Positions 17,541 through 26,917 of a DNA stretch of 64,000 nt are shown here, piece by piece (position 1 is the first letter of the stretch; every line of letters begins with the position of its first letter). Location of the stretch: positions 77,906 through 141,905 of the IMG/VR virus record IMGVR_UViG_3300008085_000023. The stretch is one strand, 5' to 3'. A program made the translations under genes and the position numbers. The notes under the pieces were generated by a model. It was not told the DNA's origin and did no database searches. It saw only the letters and a list, made by a program, of their open reading frames with translations. This stretch comes from a virus.

Positions 17541-17654
17541 AACTTGAAAAAAGGACACTCGCATTTTTGATAACAAGGTTGTAGAGTGTCAGCTCTCTAT
17601 CCTTGGATTTTTTCCAATTTTCAAAACTATATTCAATTGTCAATGATCGATAAC

Positions 17655-17686
17655 AAAAAAGCCTCTTGGCTTTTCAGCTAAGAGGC
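17655..17686 (-). terminator. Intrinsic terminator (attenuator) upstream of the tRNA array
   Basis: GCCTCTTAGC-TGAAAA-GCCAAGAGGC-TTTTTT. Confidence 0.88.
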
Positions 17687-17719
17687 AAACATAAACGAGC
17701 TATGTATGCGTCTTAACCG
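17675..17719 (-). promoter_or_regulatory. Antiterminator hairpin overlapping the leader stop codon and the terminator 5' arm
   Basis: CGGTTAAGA-C-GCA-T-ACATA [GCTCGTT] TATGT-T-TGC-C-TCTTAGCTG: 17 bp, two 1x1 mismatches. Confidence 0.78.
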
Positions 17720-17814
17720 ACACCCTCATCAGGTGTAATTTCGGCATTATGTTTCCATTGTGTGGAACATGTCCCTGCCAGGGGATTACTAAATCTATAT
17801 AACTTCTTTATCAT
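17713..17814 (-). CDS. 33-aa leader peptide containing all 20 amino acids (MIKKLYRFSNPLAGTCSTQWKHNAEITPDEGVG)
   Basis: Manual translation; lies between three promoters and the terminator/antiterminator pair. Confidence 0.75.
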   Translation of the reverse strand: MIKKLYRFSNPLAGTCSTQWKHNAEITPDEGVG

Positions 17815-17822
17815 TCTACTCT

Positions 17823-17830
17823 TATTTATA
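17823..17830 (-). promoter_or_regulatory. Late promoter upstream of the leader ORF
   Basis: TATAAATA, 8 nt before ATG 17814. Confidence 0.75.
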
Positions 17831-17885
17831 CAACTTACTGCCTTCAATCTCAAATTATTTTCAATTATTTTCAAACTCTGGTAAT

Positions 17886-18001
17886 ACTATACCACAATGT
17901 CCGTGGATTGTACACCGTTATTTTTCAATAACCGCTGCTTTCAGGTTGCTATCCCTTTAGCATCTAGATCTAGTATAACACAATGGCCATGGCATGTACA
18001 C
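17886..18001 (-). promoter_or_regulatory. Two tandem early-type promoters (17886-17915 and 17972-18001) driving the leader/tRNA array
   Basis: GTGTACA-N17-TATAGT and GTGTACA-N17-TATACT, both with TG extension and A-rich upstream. Confidence 0.8.
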
Positions 18002-18091
18002 CATTATTTTCAGTTTTCGGTAACTTTTTTGCTAAGTTGGCCATTATCAGGTACTTAGGGCTAAAAATAGTTTCCCGTACCGCGCGCGCGC

Positions 18092-19486
18092 CTATATATT
18101 AAGATCGCACACGCCGCCTGCACATGCCTGAGAGCCCATTTCATCTGCCTTTATTAAAAAGCTCTCTTCCACGAGGTTCACCCAATCTACAGTTTTATAT
18201 GTGCGTGATAGGTCACACCATAGTTTCCAGTTAGAAACATCCTTGAGGCAATACGTCATTTGACGAAGATCGCCATTGAAATAGCGATCAGCAAACTGCC
18301 GGCCCCGGCGGATCCAATCCATTTTTGCCGTGCGGGAATGTATAAAATCGTTTGATGGACAATCATAAGCGTCTATTGGTTCAAATTCTGTGTTTTCGCC
18401 AACACCTAATAATGTATCACACGCACGATATAGATTCTTGAAAGCCGCTAGGCCATCAACAATCATTCCAGATGCAAACACTGAAGCATCTCCATACATT
18501 TTGACTAGTTCTAAAGGTGAGTATACAGCACAGAATGGCGCTTGGTCGTAGTCCTTATCACCTGCGAACGACAATAGGGAAATACCAGCAAAGCTTTTAC
18601 GGTTACGATAAATGTAGCTTTCGACAGCATCCCATTCATTATCCTGAAGTGTGATAGTGTTAGAGACGTTATTCCGTACAAAGTCTCTAACGCATAATTC
18701 CTTTGTTGTGCCTTCTTCGACCCAATTCATTTGAGTCAGTTTAACATGCTCAAGCAAATCAATAGCAGACATCTTATTCTTAACCTTAGCGCCATCTGGC
18801 ACCTCGCACAAGAAGGTGATGACTTCATCGGTATCGTTAGCGCTCCATACACTATCTTCAACAGCATCAATATTTACGGATTTGAAATGTTGTGCAGGAA
18901 ACTCTAGTTTATTAGCTTGAACTCTACGCATATATCGTTTGGCGTGATGAGGATGAATTCCAGAAGCAGTTCCCAATATGCAGCTTGCGCTTCCGCTCGG
19001 TTTGACGCATGTGCAGCGTGCGGCGGGATTGATGCCTATAAGATTTGCTGTAATCCGATTCCACTTCTTGACGACTCTCGCGCCTTTTCGCTGAATACGT
19101 TCATCAAACAATACTTCAGGATTATCCATCATACCTGTAATAGAAACACCAAGCAGAGCTTCGCGGCGGGTGATCTTTTCTGTTATTTCACCAAGATATG
19201 GGAAGTCTGTATATCCTGCCTGAAGTGTACCCAGAATTGCGGCGGCCTTGCACGCATCATAAAACTTTTCTTCATCAGAAGCCTTCTTCCCATTAATCTC
19301 TGTAAGGTTGCAAAACTGAAAGCCTGATTCTTCAGATCCATCATCATTATACCAAATGGGCCACATCCCGATTTCAACGCAGTTGTGTACAAGCATTCCA
19401 TTTGCAAAAAAGTTATGATTACTTTCTACAGTAATATCATATACATCTTCATTGCGTTCAATTGAGAGTCTTTTAACTTTGGACAC
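18092..19486 (-). CDS. nrdJ: Class II ribonucleotide reductase, C-terminal part, with N-terminal split-intein IntC (35 aa)
   Basis: VYDITVESNHNFFANGMLVHN|CVEIG; FCNLTEIN, CVKPSGSAS, C-terminal ACAGGVCD. Confidence 0.9.
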   Translation of the reverse strand: MSKVKRLSIERNEDVYDITVESNHNFFANGMLVHNCVEIGMWPIWYNDDGSEESGFQFCNLTEINGKKASDEEKFYDACKAAAILGTLQAGYTDFPYLGEITEKITRREALLGVSITGMMDNPEVLFDERIQRKGARVVKKWNRITANLIGINPAARCTCVKPSGSASCILGTASGIHPHHAKRYMRRVQANKLEFPAQHFKSVNIDAVEDSVWSANDTDEVITFLCEVPDGAKVKNKMSAIDLLEHVKLTQMNWVEEGTTKELCVRDFVRNNVSNTITLQDNEWDAVESYIYRNRKSFAGISLLSFAGDKDYDQAPFCAVYSPLELVKMYGDASVFASGMIVDGLAAFKNLYRACDTLLGVGENTEFEPIDAYDCPSNDFIHSRTAKMDWIRRGRQFADRYFNGDLRQMTYCLKDVSNWKLWCDLSRTYKTVDWVNLVEESFLIKADEMGSQACAGGVCDLNI

Positions 19487-20237
19487 GTCTTACCTCTTTC
19501 CATTTCTGTAATTCTTTTTCATAAGTTGATCTTTCTTCAATAAATTTACAAATTGACTTTCCTTTAATAATGCAAACTTCAACATCAGTAATTTCACTGA
19601 GGATAATGGCTTTATCTGAGTTATTATCCCAATATCCTTTAATCTCAACAATTTTTAACAAATTCCAGTTATCGTCATATAGAAAAAAATCCGGACGATA
19701 GATTCGGCCATCTGGCATTACGTAATGCGTAACTTCAATTTTCCAATTTTGTTTAGTACGGTTGAGCCACTTCGCAAAGATGAATTCGTATGTTGATCTT
19801 AACCAAACATCATTATTTGTTGTGCTATTATAAAAATACCCCTGAACACCTCGGGCGTTGTACTTTTTAATTTTACGTCTAATATCTGGATTAAACCATC
19901 CACTATGCGTTTTCCATTCACTAATTGCTTTATCAGATCTTCTTTTTCGTAGAGCGTCAGTTACAACGGACTGTCCTTTGCGAAGTGGAATTTGATATAG
20001 ATTCATCACTTGGCGCATTAACATATATGACGTGTTCAATTCCTTAGCAATGACCTTTAGACCTTCTTTGTCTATTAGGTATCTTTTATTTAGCAAATCA
20101 TACAATTCTTGACCTGTGGGTGAAAGCATTCTTTCATATCTGAAGTTTTGGCGCTCGTTCTGAGTAAAATTACACCAAAAGGGATGGCACGAATCATATT
20201 TTCCATATAATCTATAAAATAACATTTGTGAATCCAT
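19473..20237 (-). mobile_element. Free-standing PD-(D/E)xK endonuclease between the split-intein halves
   Basis: RSTYE...YRPDFFL...IVEIKGYW; TATAAATA at 20243-20250, 5 nt before ATG. Confidence 0.78.
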
Positions 20238-20252
20238 GTTATTATTTATAAA

Positions 20253-21560
20253 TCATAGAATTTCAACATCATCGTCTTCTGTCAAATCTTTTGCTTCAAC
20301 ATATCCTCTATTAGTTGTCCATATCTTATGATCGGGCGTGCATTTAAGAAACTGACCATTGCATAATTCAATTTTAACTATTTCCGCGTCAGCACGAGTC
20401 ATCGCAGCATTAGTAATCGTTTTCCATTCACGAACGTTAGTCTCAATATTCATACTTAATGCTTCTAGCGTAACCTTCTTCGATATAAACAAACTAACCA
20501 AAACGTCCATTCGCACAAGCCGTTCTTCGCCATTCACTTTTACGTTGACCAATGTATCAGCAGTCACGCATGGGTTTACACTTACATTTTCATGCTCGGC
20601 CCATACAAACCCCGGCTCGCCGAATTCGCGGGTCTGTTTGAATAGATCTGCAAATTGCTGACGACCCACATCATTTCGAATAAGAAGAGCGCTGTTATTA
20701 CTTCGAGCACGCTGGGGATTAGTCAGGAACCAATCTCCAGTTTTTGCCATGGCCATTTCTGTATCTTCTGGCGAAAACAAATTGATACAAGCGGATCTAC
20801 GGATACCACCTGACAGAACCGAGTCAGAGATGTGCATCAGAATATCATAGCAGTCAATTGGAGGTAACTGGACGGTTCCAGAATCACTTGATTCTATTCG
20901 CCTATTAATCAACCCCTGTATACGCTCCAACGCCCTCTCGAGGCCCTCAGGACCAGGTGCAATTCCACCCCAACTGATCAAAGAACCTCTTGGACGAATC
21001 TTGGAAAAATCAAATTCAATGTGCCAACCGAAGTATTCTGGAAATGGCTGATCTTCAACAAAGAAGGAAGACATAAGAACACCAACAGCATCGGCCCAAC
21101 CTTCGACACTATCTTCAACGACATACTTTTTAGCACCAACGGTTTCGCGATATACTCGTTTTTGAACCTTTGGCAACTTGTTGACATGACAATACTGCGT
21201 CGAAAATCCTACACCAACTCCACACAGCAAAAGGTATAGGGCTTCTTGGAATGCCCGAGGGCGGTCAACATGACCAGATGAGCAATTATAGATTCGTTCG
21301 TTTTTCTTAAGGATAGCTTCTCCTCCAAATTGCAATGCTCGCTGTGAACCAAGGATTGTCTTTGAAGCCAATGCCCGTTCTGCAATAGAAATGAGCTCGC
21401 GAAGTTCTTCCGACTGTGCAAGCTCATTTACATATTTTCTACGGTGCATATCAAAAACCCGATCCACTGTTTCGCGGAATGTTTCACGACGTTTCTTCTC
21501 TGGAAGATGACGCGCATAGCGTGAATAAAAAATGTAATCCTGTAACGCTCGAATGCTCAT
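20253..21560 (-). CDS. nrdJ: Class II ribonucleotide reductase, N-terminal part, with C-terminal split-intein IntN (105 aa, 20256-20570)
   Basis: RRETFRETVDR, YNCS, GGIRRSA, GEPG, NP|CVTADT...CTPDHKIWT..RGYVEAKDL. Confidence 0.9.
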   Translation of the reverse strand: MSIRALQDYIFYSRYARHLPEKKRRETFRETVDRVFDMHRRKYVNELAQSEELRELISIAERALASKTILGSQRALQFGGEAILKKNERIYNCSSGHVDRPRAFQEALYLLLCGVGVGFSTQYCHVNKLPKVQKRVYRETVGAKKYVVEDSVEGWADAVGVLMSSFFVEDQPFPEYFGWHIEFDFSKIRPRGSLISWGGIAPGPEGLERALERIQGLINRRIESSDSGTVQLPPIDCYDILMHISDSVLSGGIRRSACINLFSPEDTEMAMAKTGDWFLTNPQRARSNNSALLIRNDVGRQQFADLFKQTREFGEPGFVWAEHENVSVNPCVTADTLVNVKVNGEERLVRMDVLVSLFISKKVTLEALSMNIETNVREWKTITNAAMTRADAEIVKIELCNGQFLKCTPDHKIWTTNRGYVEAKDLTEDDDVEIL

Positions 21561-21593
21561 GTTAGTTTCCTTTTACTTATTAAATCATGTTCT

Positions 21594-21623
21594 ATCTTAT
21601 CACATAATTCAAGTCTTGTACAC
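21594..21623 (-). promoter_or_regulatory. Early-type promoter upstream of nrdJ
   Basis: GTGTACA-N17-TAAGAT. Confidence 0.7.
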
Positions 21624-21645
21624 TGTTATTATGGGAATGATGTTC

Positions 21646-22512
21646 TTAGAATCCGTTGGCAGCACGTCTACGAATAGATCTTACAGCACCGGTATCTTCA
21701 TCTTGAAGAATTACTGTAGCCTTTGGATACTTCTTTACAAAGCTACGGATTTGTGTTTGTGTGTCATCTGCAAGATCGAGATAGTTATTCCAACGCTCAT
21801 GTTTGTTGCGACCTGTATCAAATCTACGAAATACGTCTGAAGGTACTTTGAAATGCTGATACTTTGCACCAGTATGATGAACTAACGGCTTTGGAATATC
21901 GGGCATGTCTGCAGTAGTCATTACCTCTTCTTTCATCAAGTCTTCTGAAATATCATGGCCACTAACAATAACAGGACAGCCTGTCAGCTTATGTGTAGCC
22001 TCGAATAACTCAGTAGCAAAATGAATGCCCAAGGATTTTTTAATTACTATAGTCGTTCCTGCTGCGGCTTCGACATACTGATTTTGCAAAGTATGTAGTG
22101 GCACAGAATTACCCAACTGATAAAGGCAATTCTCTTTAAGGTCAAAAGGCGTTTGGTTTGATTCGTTCAATTCATCAATATCAATGCCCAGTGCTTCAAC
22201 CAATTGCTCTTCAGTGCATTCAACATGAGCCTTAAGAAGATATAGCGCTGCGGCGTATGATCCAACTTTGCGAAGCATTGAAGGCATCCGCTGCATAACA
22301 CGTTTAATGTTAAACACTAAACGATGGAAATATGTAAAGGCACTCTTCTCATCGCCTGTTTCTGGCTTGCGTATAAGCGCGCCATTATCATCGATCAATC
22401 CCATTTCATACGCCTGAGTCTTGTCCCAATCCTGCGTCAACAAACGTAGGAATCTAAATGCATATGCTGTATCCGATGCTCTCTTTAATAACCCCATCTC
22501 AATACTCTCCAA
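21646..22512 (-). CDS. Conserved T4-like hypothetical protein
   Basis: YAFRFLRLL..W..T.AY..GLID..G, FHRLVFNIKR, SYAAALYLLK. Confidence 0.7.
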   Translation of the reverse strand: MESIEMGLLKRASDTAYAFRFLRLLTQDWDKTQAYEMGLIDDNGALIRKPETGDEKSAFTYFHRLVFNIKRVMQRMPSMLRKVGSYAAALYLLKAHVECTEEQLVEALGIDIDELNESNQTPFDLKENCLYQLGNSVPLHTLQNQYVEAAAGTTIVIKKSLGIHFATELFEATHKLTGCPVIVSGHDISEDLMKEEVMTTADMPDIPKPLVHHTGAKYQHFKVPSDVFRRFDTGRNKHERWNNYLDLADDTQTQIRSFVKKYPKATVILQDEDTGAVRSIRRRAANGF

Positions 22513-22515
22513 ATA

Positions 22516-22866
22516 TTACAGTAACTTCAATCGATTAACGACATTTTGATCAATGGCGCCAGATGACTCTGGAGGAAGATAATTCAAAAATCCCAAAAAC
22601 CCTCGCAAAGCCGGATGCGAACTCTTATCACATCTAAAGAATAACATTTCATTCGCGCAAGCAATATCAAAAACATTATATATTGACACTAAATGATTAA
22701 CCAAAAGTCGCTCTTGTAGATTCTTACTTTTAGTATATCGATTCAATAACCGTTTAACATACTTAATCCTCGCAAAGTCCTCCATAAATTCCTCTACAGA
22801 GAAGCATCGCGGATTAGTATAACTCTTCACAGCGAACTCGAAAAAGTTCTTTTCATTAAGCATCAT
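22516..22866 (-). CDS. Conserved T4-like hypothetical protein
   Basis: LNEKNF..FA...Y.NP.C...EEF.ED..RIKYVKRL, ERLLVNH. Confidence 0.75.
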   Translation of the reverse strand: MMLNEKNFFEFAVKSYTNPRCFSVEEFMEDFARIKYVKRLLNRYTKSKNLQERLLVNHLVSIYNVFDIACANEMLFFRCDKSSHPALRGFLGFLNYLPPESSGAIDQNVVNRLKLL

Positions 22867-22880
22867 ATAGTTATTTATTC

Positions 22881-24734
22881 CTATATCGCGTCATCACGGA
22901 ATGCTACCAATTCGTCTTTTCCAGTGTGACTAAACACATCTGGAATGATGAAGTAAATCAACTTGTGAGCAAACTCACCCGAACCACGCTCTTCTGCACC
23001 AAGACTCTTCAACTGCAGCTCACGATTAGTTTTGAATTTTGGAATGTTCTGGCGCTGAGTTGTAAAAATAAAGCCCAATGTGCCCTTCTTAATCGTATAC
23101 TCTTTACCAATATCAGATAGTCCCTTTGGCACTCTATTCATCAAACTGGCTTCATCAATCTGAGATTCTTCCATATCGTTCATAACAACATCGATTGCAA
23201 TATCAGGATCCATGCCATTCTCAATAAGAGCGTCAATCATTTTGATTTCATCGGCAAATACTTCTTCATCATATGCCGTGAAATATTCGTCTTCGCTGAC
23301 ATCCTCTGTCATACCACTGGCATTCTTCTTCAACCAATTATACGTATCTTCGAGTTCCTTAATGTTTGCCTTCTGAAGCTTATCATCTGGCTTAGCATTA
23401 TGAGGAAGAGCACTCATCTCTGCACCTGTCTTTTTGAACATCTCGGACATTTTATATGAAGGTGATGTAATAAGCAGGCCTTGATAATTCCACCATGTAC
23501 CCCATTTAGAATCTGGCATCCAGAATTCAAGAGTAAATGCCCAGCCATTCATAACAAAATCGATATATGTCATGGCTGACTGCTTAGTCTTTTTAGCCTT
23601 TTCACTCCATGGAAGTTGGCTAATCTTTTTGATCAAATCGTTATATTGTGAATCGTACTGTGTCTTCACTACAGCCTCTTCTATACCAACATTCACATCA
23701 TCTGAAATACCAGACTTAGCACGAGCTTTCTTAATTTGTCGGCTCTTAGCTTTATTGACCTTAAGTGTTCCGGCCTTCAACTTCTTGTTACGCTTTGCTG
23801 CGTACTTCTTAAGTTTCAGTTTGTTCTTTTTACGATAGATTGCCGCATCGCGCTTTGCAGATGCTGACATTTTCTTTTCATCTAATTCTGTTTCTTCAAC
23901 GGATTCATTTTTGTCCAATTGTGCAAAATCCTTCTTTGATACTGAAAAGTTTTTCAATTTAAGACTATTGATAATTTTCAAAATTTCTTCCTGAGACATG
24001 CCACTTGCCTTAAGAATCTTCAGTGTATCCATCGTCCGATATGTGTCCTCTGTCGATTTTGCTTCAGGAAGTATAAGAGTGGGTTCAGTAGCCTCTTCGA
24101 TGAAGAGATCAGTAAAATCGTATGTTGCAACAGGCTTACCCTTAAATGTGTAAACGATTTTGTCTGGATCGCTTTCGTCCCAGCCGTCCCACTTCACCTT
24201 ATACTTCTTCATTGTGGCTTCAACACCACCAGCATCAACGTTTGTGATAGTCTTCTTTTCGGTAATTTCAACTGATTCACTAATACCAACAAGCGACTTA
24301 GCTAACTTAACAGCATCAACAACCTTAGCAGTACGATACCAACCTGTCGCGGATTTCTCAAGCTTACCATTCTTCGAAACGCTGCCATAAATCTCATTGC
24401 CGCTGTTATTAAACATCCAAACCAATTCCCAACCGCCGCCAAGATCTTCAATGCCTGACTTCCCTGACTTCTTAAAATCTCCTTCAAAAATAGTTGAAGA
24501 TTCATCAATATCGGTAGATTCTTTCTTATCTTCTGAATCACCCTTCCAATTCTTATCGATGTAATCGAAAAATGACTTTTTCTTCTCGTCGTCGAGTTCG
24601 CTAGGTGACTTCACTCCATATTTGTCAAGAGCCTTCTGAAAAAACTTTTGATAATCTTCTTTATCGCCTGAAGCTTCACATAATACACTTCTTGCGCTTG
24701 CAATAAGACTTTTACTAATACCATTCGATGCCAT
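22881..24734 (-). CDS. Mosaic Lys/Glu-rich protein, probable internal head protein processed by gp21
   Basis: Segments separated by (I/L/V)xE sites; Y..FF.KAL.KYGV.SP.EL..E.KK.FF module. Confidence 0.5.
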   Translation of the reverse strand: MASNGISKSLIASARSVLCEASGDKEDYQKFFQKALDKYGVKSPSELDDEKKKSFFDYIDKNWKGDSEDKKESTDIDESSTIFEGDFKKSGKSGIEDLGGGWELVWMFNNSGNEIYGSVSKNGKLEKSATGWYRTAKVVDAVKLAKSLVGISESVEITEKKTITNVDAGGVEATMKKYKVKWDGWDESDPDKIVYTFKGKPVATYDFTDLFIEEATEPTLILPEAKSTEDTYRTMDTLKILKASGMSQEEILKIINSLKLKNFSVSKKDFAQLDKNESVEETELDEKKMSASAKRDAAIYRKKNKLKLKKYAAKRNKKLKAGTLKVNKAKSRQIKKARAKSGISDDVNVGIEEAVVKTQYDSQYNDLIKKISQLPWSEKAKKTKQSAMTYIDFVMNGWAFTLEFWMPDSKWGTWWNYQGLLITSPSYKMSEMFKKTGAEMSALPHNAKPDDKLQKANIKELEDTYNWLKKNASGMTEDVSEDEYFTAYDEEVFADEIKMIDALIENGMDPDIAIDVVMNDMEESQIDEASLMNRVPKGLSDIGKEYTIKKGTLGFIFTTQRQNIPKFKTNRELQLKSLGAEERGSGEFAHKLIYFIIPDVFSHTGKDELVAFRDDAI

Positions 24735-24768
24735 TTTATTTCCTCTGTTTCTATTAAATTTAATGTTG

Positions 24769-25014
24769 TTAGCTAAATTGCTTCAATACGTTTACGATGT
24801 CCTTTTTAACATCGCGGCCAGATGTTGGCGAAACCATAATACTATCGTCTTTACTATTCCACATCGTGCCATGGCCAAAAAATGCGAGCTTATTAGTAAC
24901 TTTTGTGATCATCTTTGAATCTTTTGGAAGATCTTCCTTTGGAATAATAACTAGATTCTCTTCGGTTAAAACCGCTGTTGCTGAGGCTATTAGACTTTTT
25001 GTAATGCCTGTCAT
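24769..25014 (-). CDS. Small hypothetical protein sharing its N-terminal motif with the downstream gene
   Basis: GITKSLIASATAVLTE versus GISKSLIASARSVLCE. Confidence 0.6.
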   Translation of the reverse strand: MTGITKSLIASATAVLTEENLVIIPKEDLPKDSKMITKVTNKLAFFGHGTMWNSKDDSIMVSPTSGRDVKKDIVNVLKQFS

Positions 25015-25034
25015 TTTGTTCCTTATAATATTTA

Positions 25035-26813
25035 TTATGCGTAAGTTGCAATCATTCGGGCCAGTTCTGGTCCATTGACATCCACACCGGACTTAAGTGC
25101 ACCGGCCTTCATGTTTAAAGCGCGGGCTAACTTACGTAGGTTAGCTGTTTGTTTTGATCCACCTGTACGAAGCAGAGCTACAACTTCAACACGCTGTTTC
25201 TTATCTAAGAATAAATCACCATCAAGAGGGATCTTATCGCAGATATTTTCCATGAAATCATAAATCTCTGCATCAGTAGGATCAATATCAATAAGGAAGG
25301 CGCGAGTACGAATAGCACCGTCAGGATCAAGCTTATCCATTGGTAGGTTCGAGATAAAAATGATCTTACCTGTGAACTCAAAATAACGTGGAATCTTACC
25401 ATCGTCAATCATCTCGTCATGTGTGCCATCATAATTCTCAGGCTCGATAACGTTCTTACCCATTTTATTCCACACCAACTTACGAATAGGTTTCGTATCA
25501 GTTGCTGCTTTAATCATATTTCGGGCTTCTTGATCCTTGAGAGCATCATCCGAATCGTCGAATAGAATAATACCATCTTGGTATTTGAATAGCAGTGTAT
25601 ACATACCAGCAGCCGATGCTGTACCAGTATTCTTGAAGTAGCCATCTCCGTCCTTCAGACCGGCGGATTCGAGGGTTTTCTCAACGGTGTGGGTTTTACC
25701 TACACCACCTCGACCTGCCACGAATAAGGCATTGGAAGCGCCTGAAATGGTCAACTTAATAAGTTTCTCTAAGTCATCTAACTGCTTCTCAAATGTGATA
25801 CGTTCCTTTTGCGCTTCGAGATCATCCAGTTTCTTATTGTATGTGTAGCTCTCCTTTGAAGCTCCGCCTCCAACACGACCCTTAACAGCTCCAAGCTGAT
25901 GAAGGAATGTATCCTTTTGTTTGCTCATCTCTTTGATGTCATCGTCAGTGCCTTCCCAGGTATAACCACGGCCGGCTTTAACGATAAGTTCAGGATAGGC
26001 CATTTCCAAAGCATCAAAGATCTTAAGACCCATTGACTTCCAAATAGACCATACTTTATTCTTGGTGAAATTTGGTGATGCAAGCAAATTTAAAACTCCA
26101 TCAAAAGCTTCAATTGGATCTATTGCTTCAGCCAAGACCATTTCAACAGTATCAACACTTTCCTTTAATGAAATGTCTGTTGGATAGGTCATGAACCCAC
26201 CCTTCTTAACGCCACTCATAAGCATATCCACAAATTGTGGAAGGACCTGCACCAGAGAAATAGGTTTTTCAAAGACTATATGGTACGTAGGGCCTTGAGT
26301 TTTACCATTCCACATATCGATTGAATTGAGGTTATGATAATCAGCGCTGGATTCTGATTTCCAGTTAAAGCGCCATGATTCAATTTTCTTCCCAGGTGCA
26401 AAGAAACGAATTCCTACACCAGAACTTGTTGAATTCTTATACTCTTCAACACCCAAGCTTGTAAAGATTTTCTTATTTCCGGTCTTACGTCGAATGTACT
26501 TAAGAATAATATTCGCGGCTTTGTCAATAGCGCCTGTAGAAAGTGATTCGTTGAGCATTTCATCGATGTTCAACACAGTGTACTCTTCAAGTGTAGCTGG
26601 GTCATTTAGACCAGCTTGGTGGGGAAGAGCTTTAGTAATAGTAAAGGCGTCAAAGATCGACAATGCTTCAATCTCTTCTTGAATGGCCTGCACCTCTTCG
26701 CGAGACGAGTACCAATTTGAGATTTCCGTATTGCTGCCTTTAACGCCAGCTAGTTGATATTTTGAATGTTTGTCAAGCACACGTCCGGCGATTGACTTTA
26801 TAGGTGAAGTCAT
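25035..26813 (-). CDS. AAA+-type ATPase domain protein
   Basis: Walker A GRGGVGKT, Walker B IILFDDSD, IIFISN, IRTR; TATAAATA at 26846-26853. Confidence 0.8.
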   Translation of the reverse strand: MTSPIKSIAGRVLDKHSKYQLAGVKGSNTEISNWYSSREEVQAIQEEIEALSIFDAFTITKALPHQAGLNDPATLEEYTVLNIDEMLNESLSTGAIDKAANIILKYIRRKTGNKKIFTSLGVEEYKNSTSSGVGIRFFAPGKKIESWRFNWKSESSADYHNLNSIDMWNGKTQGPTYHIVFEKPISLVQVLPQFVDMLMSGVKKGGFMTYPTDISLKESVDTVEMVLAEAIDPIEAFDGVLNLLASPNFTKNKVWSIWKSMGLKIFDALEMAYPELIVKAGRGYTWEGTDDDIKEMSKQKDTFLHQLGAVKGRVGGGASKESYTYNKKLDDLEAQKERITFEKQLDDLEKLIKLTISGASNALFVAGRGGVGKTHTVEKTLESAGLKDGDGYFKNTGTASAAGMYTLLFKYQDGIILFDDSDDALKDQEARNMIKAATDTKPIRKLVWNKMGKNVIEPENYDGTHDEMIDDGKIPRYFEFTGKIIFISNLPMDKLDPDGAIRTRAFLIDIDPTDAEIYDFMENICDKIPLDGDLFLDKKQRVEVVALLRTGGSKQTANLRKLARALNMKAGALKSGVDVNGPELARMIATYA

Positions 26814-26917
26814 AAATAGATCCTTTTCCAGTGTTATTCTATTGTTATTTATAACATCTAGAAGCTTGGATCTATTTATGACTGCTGCATTAGTCCATTT
26901 GATTGCAAAACGTTAGA

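Noticed and set aside
11800-17643. Short ORFs in the track across the tRNA array, and N-terminal extensions of 11141..11800 and 14315..15328
   Set aside because: They overlap tRNA genes and lack coding features.
18081-18091. Alternating CG run as a functional Z-DNA element
   Set aside because: Only 11 nt and no supporting context.
19473-20252. Group I intron in nrdJ or terL
   Set aside because: Gaps between ORFs are under 20 nt or overlapping, leaving no room for an intron core; intein motifs explain the structure.
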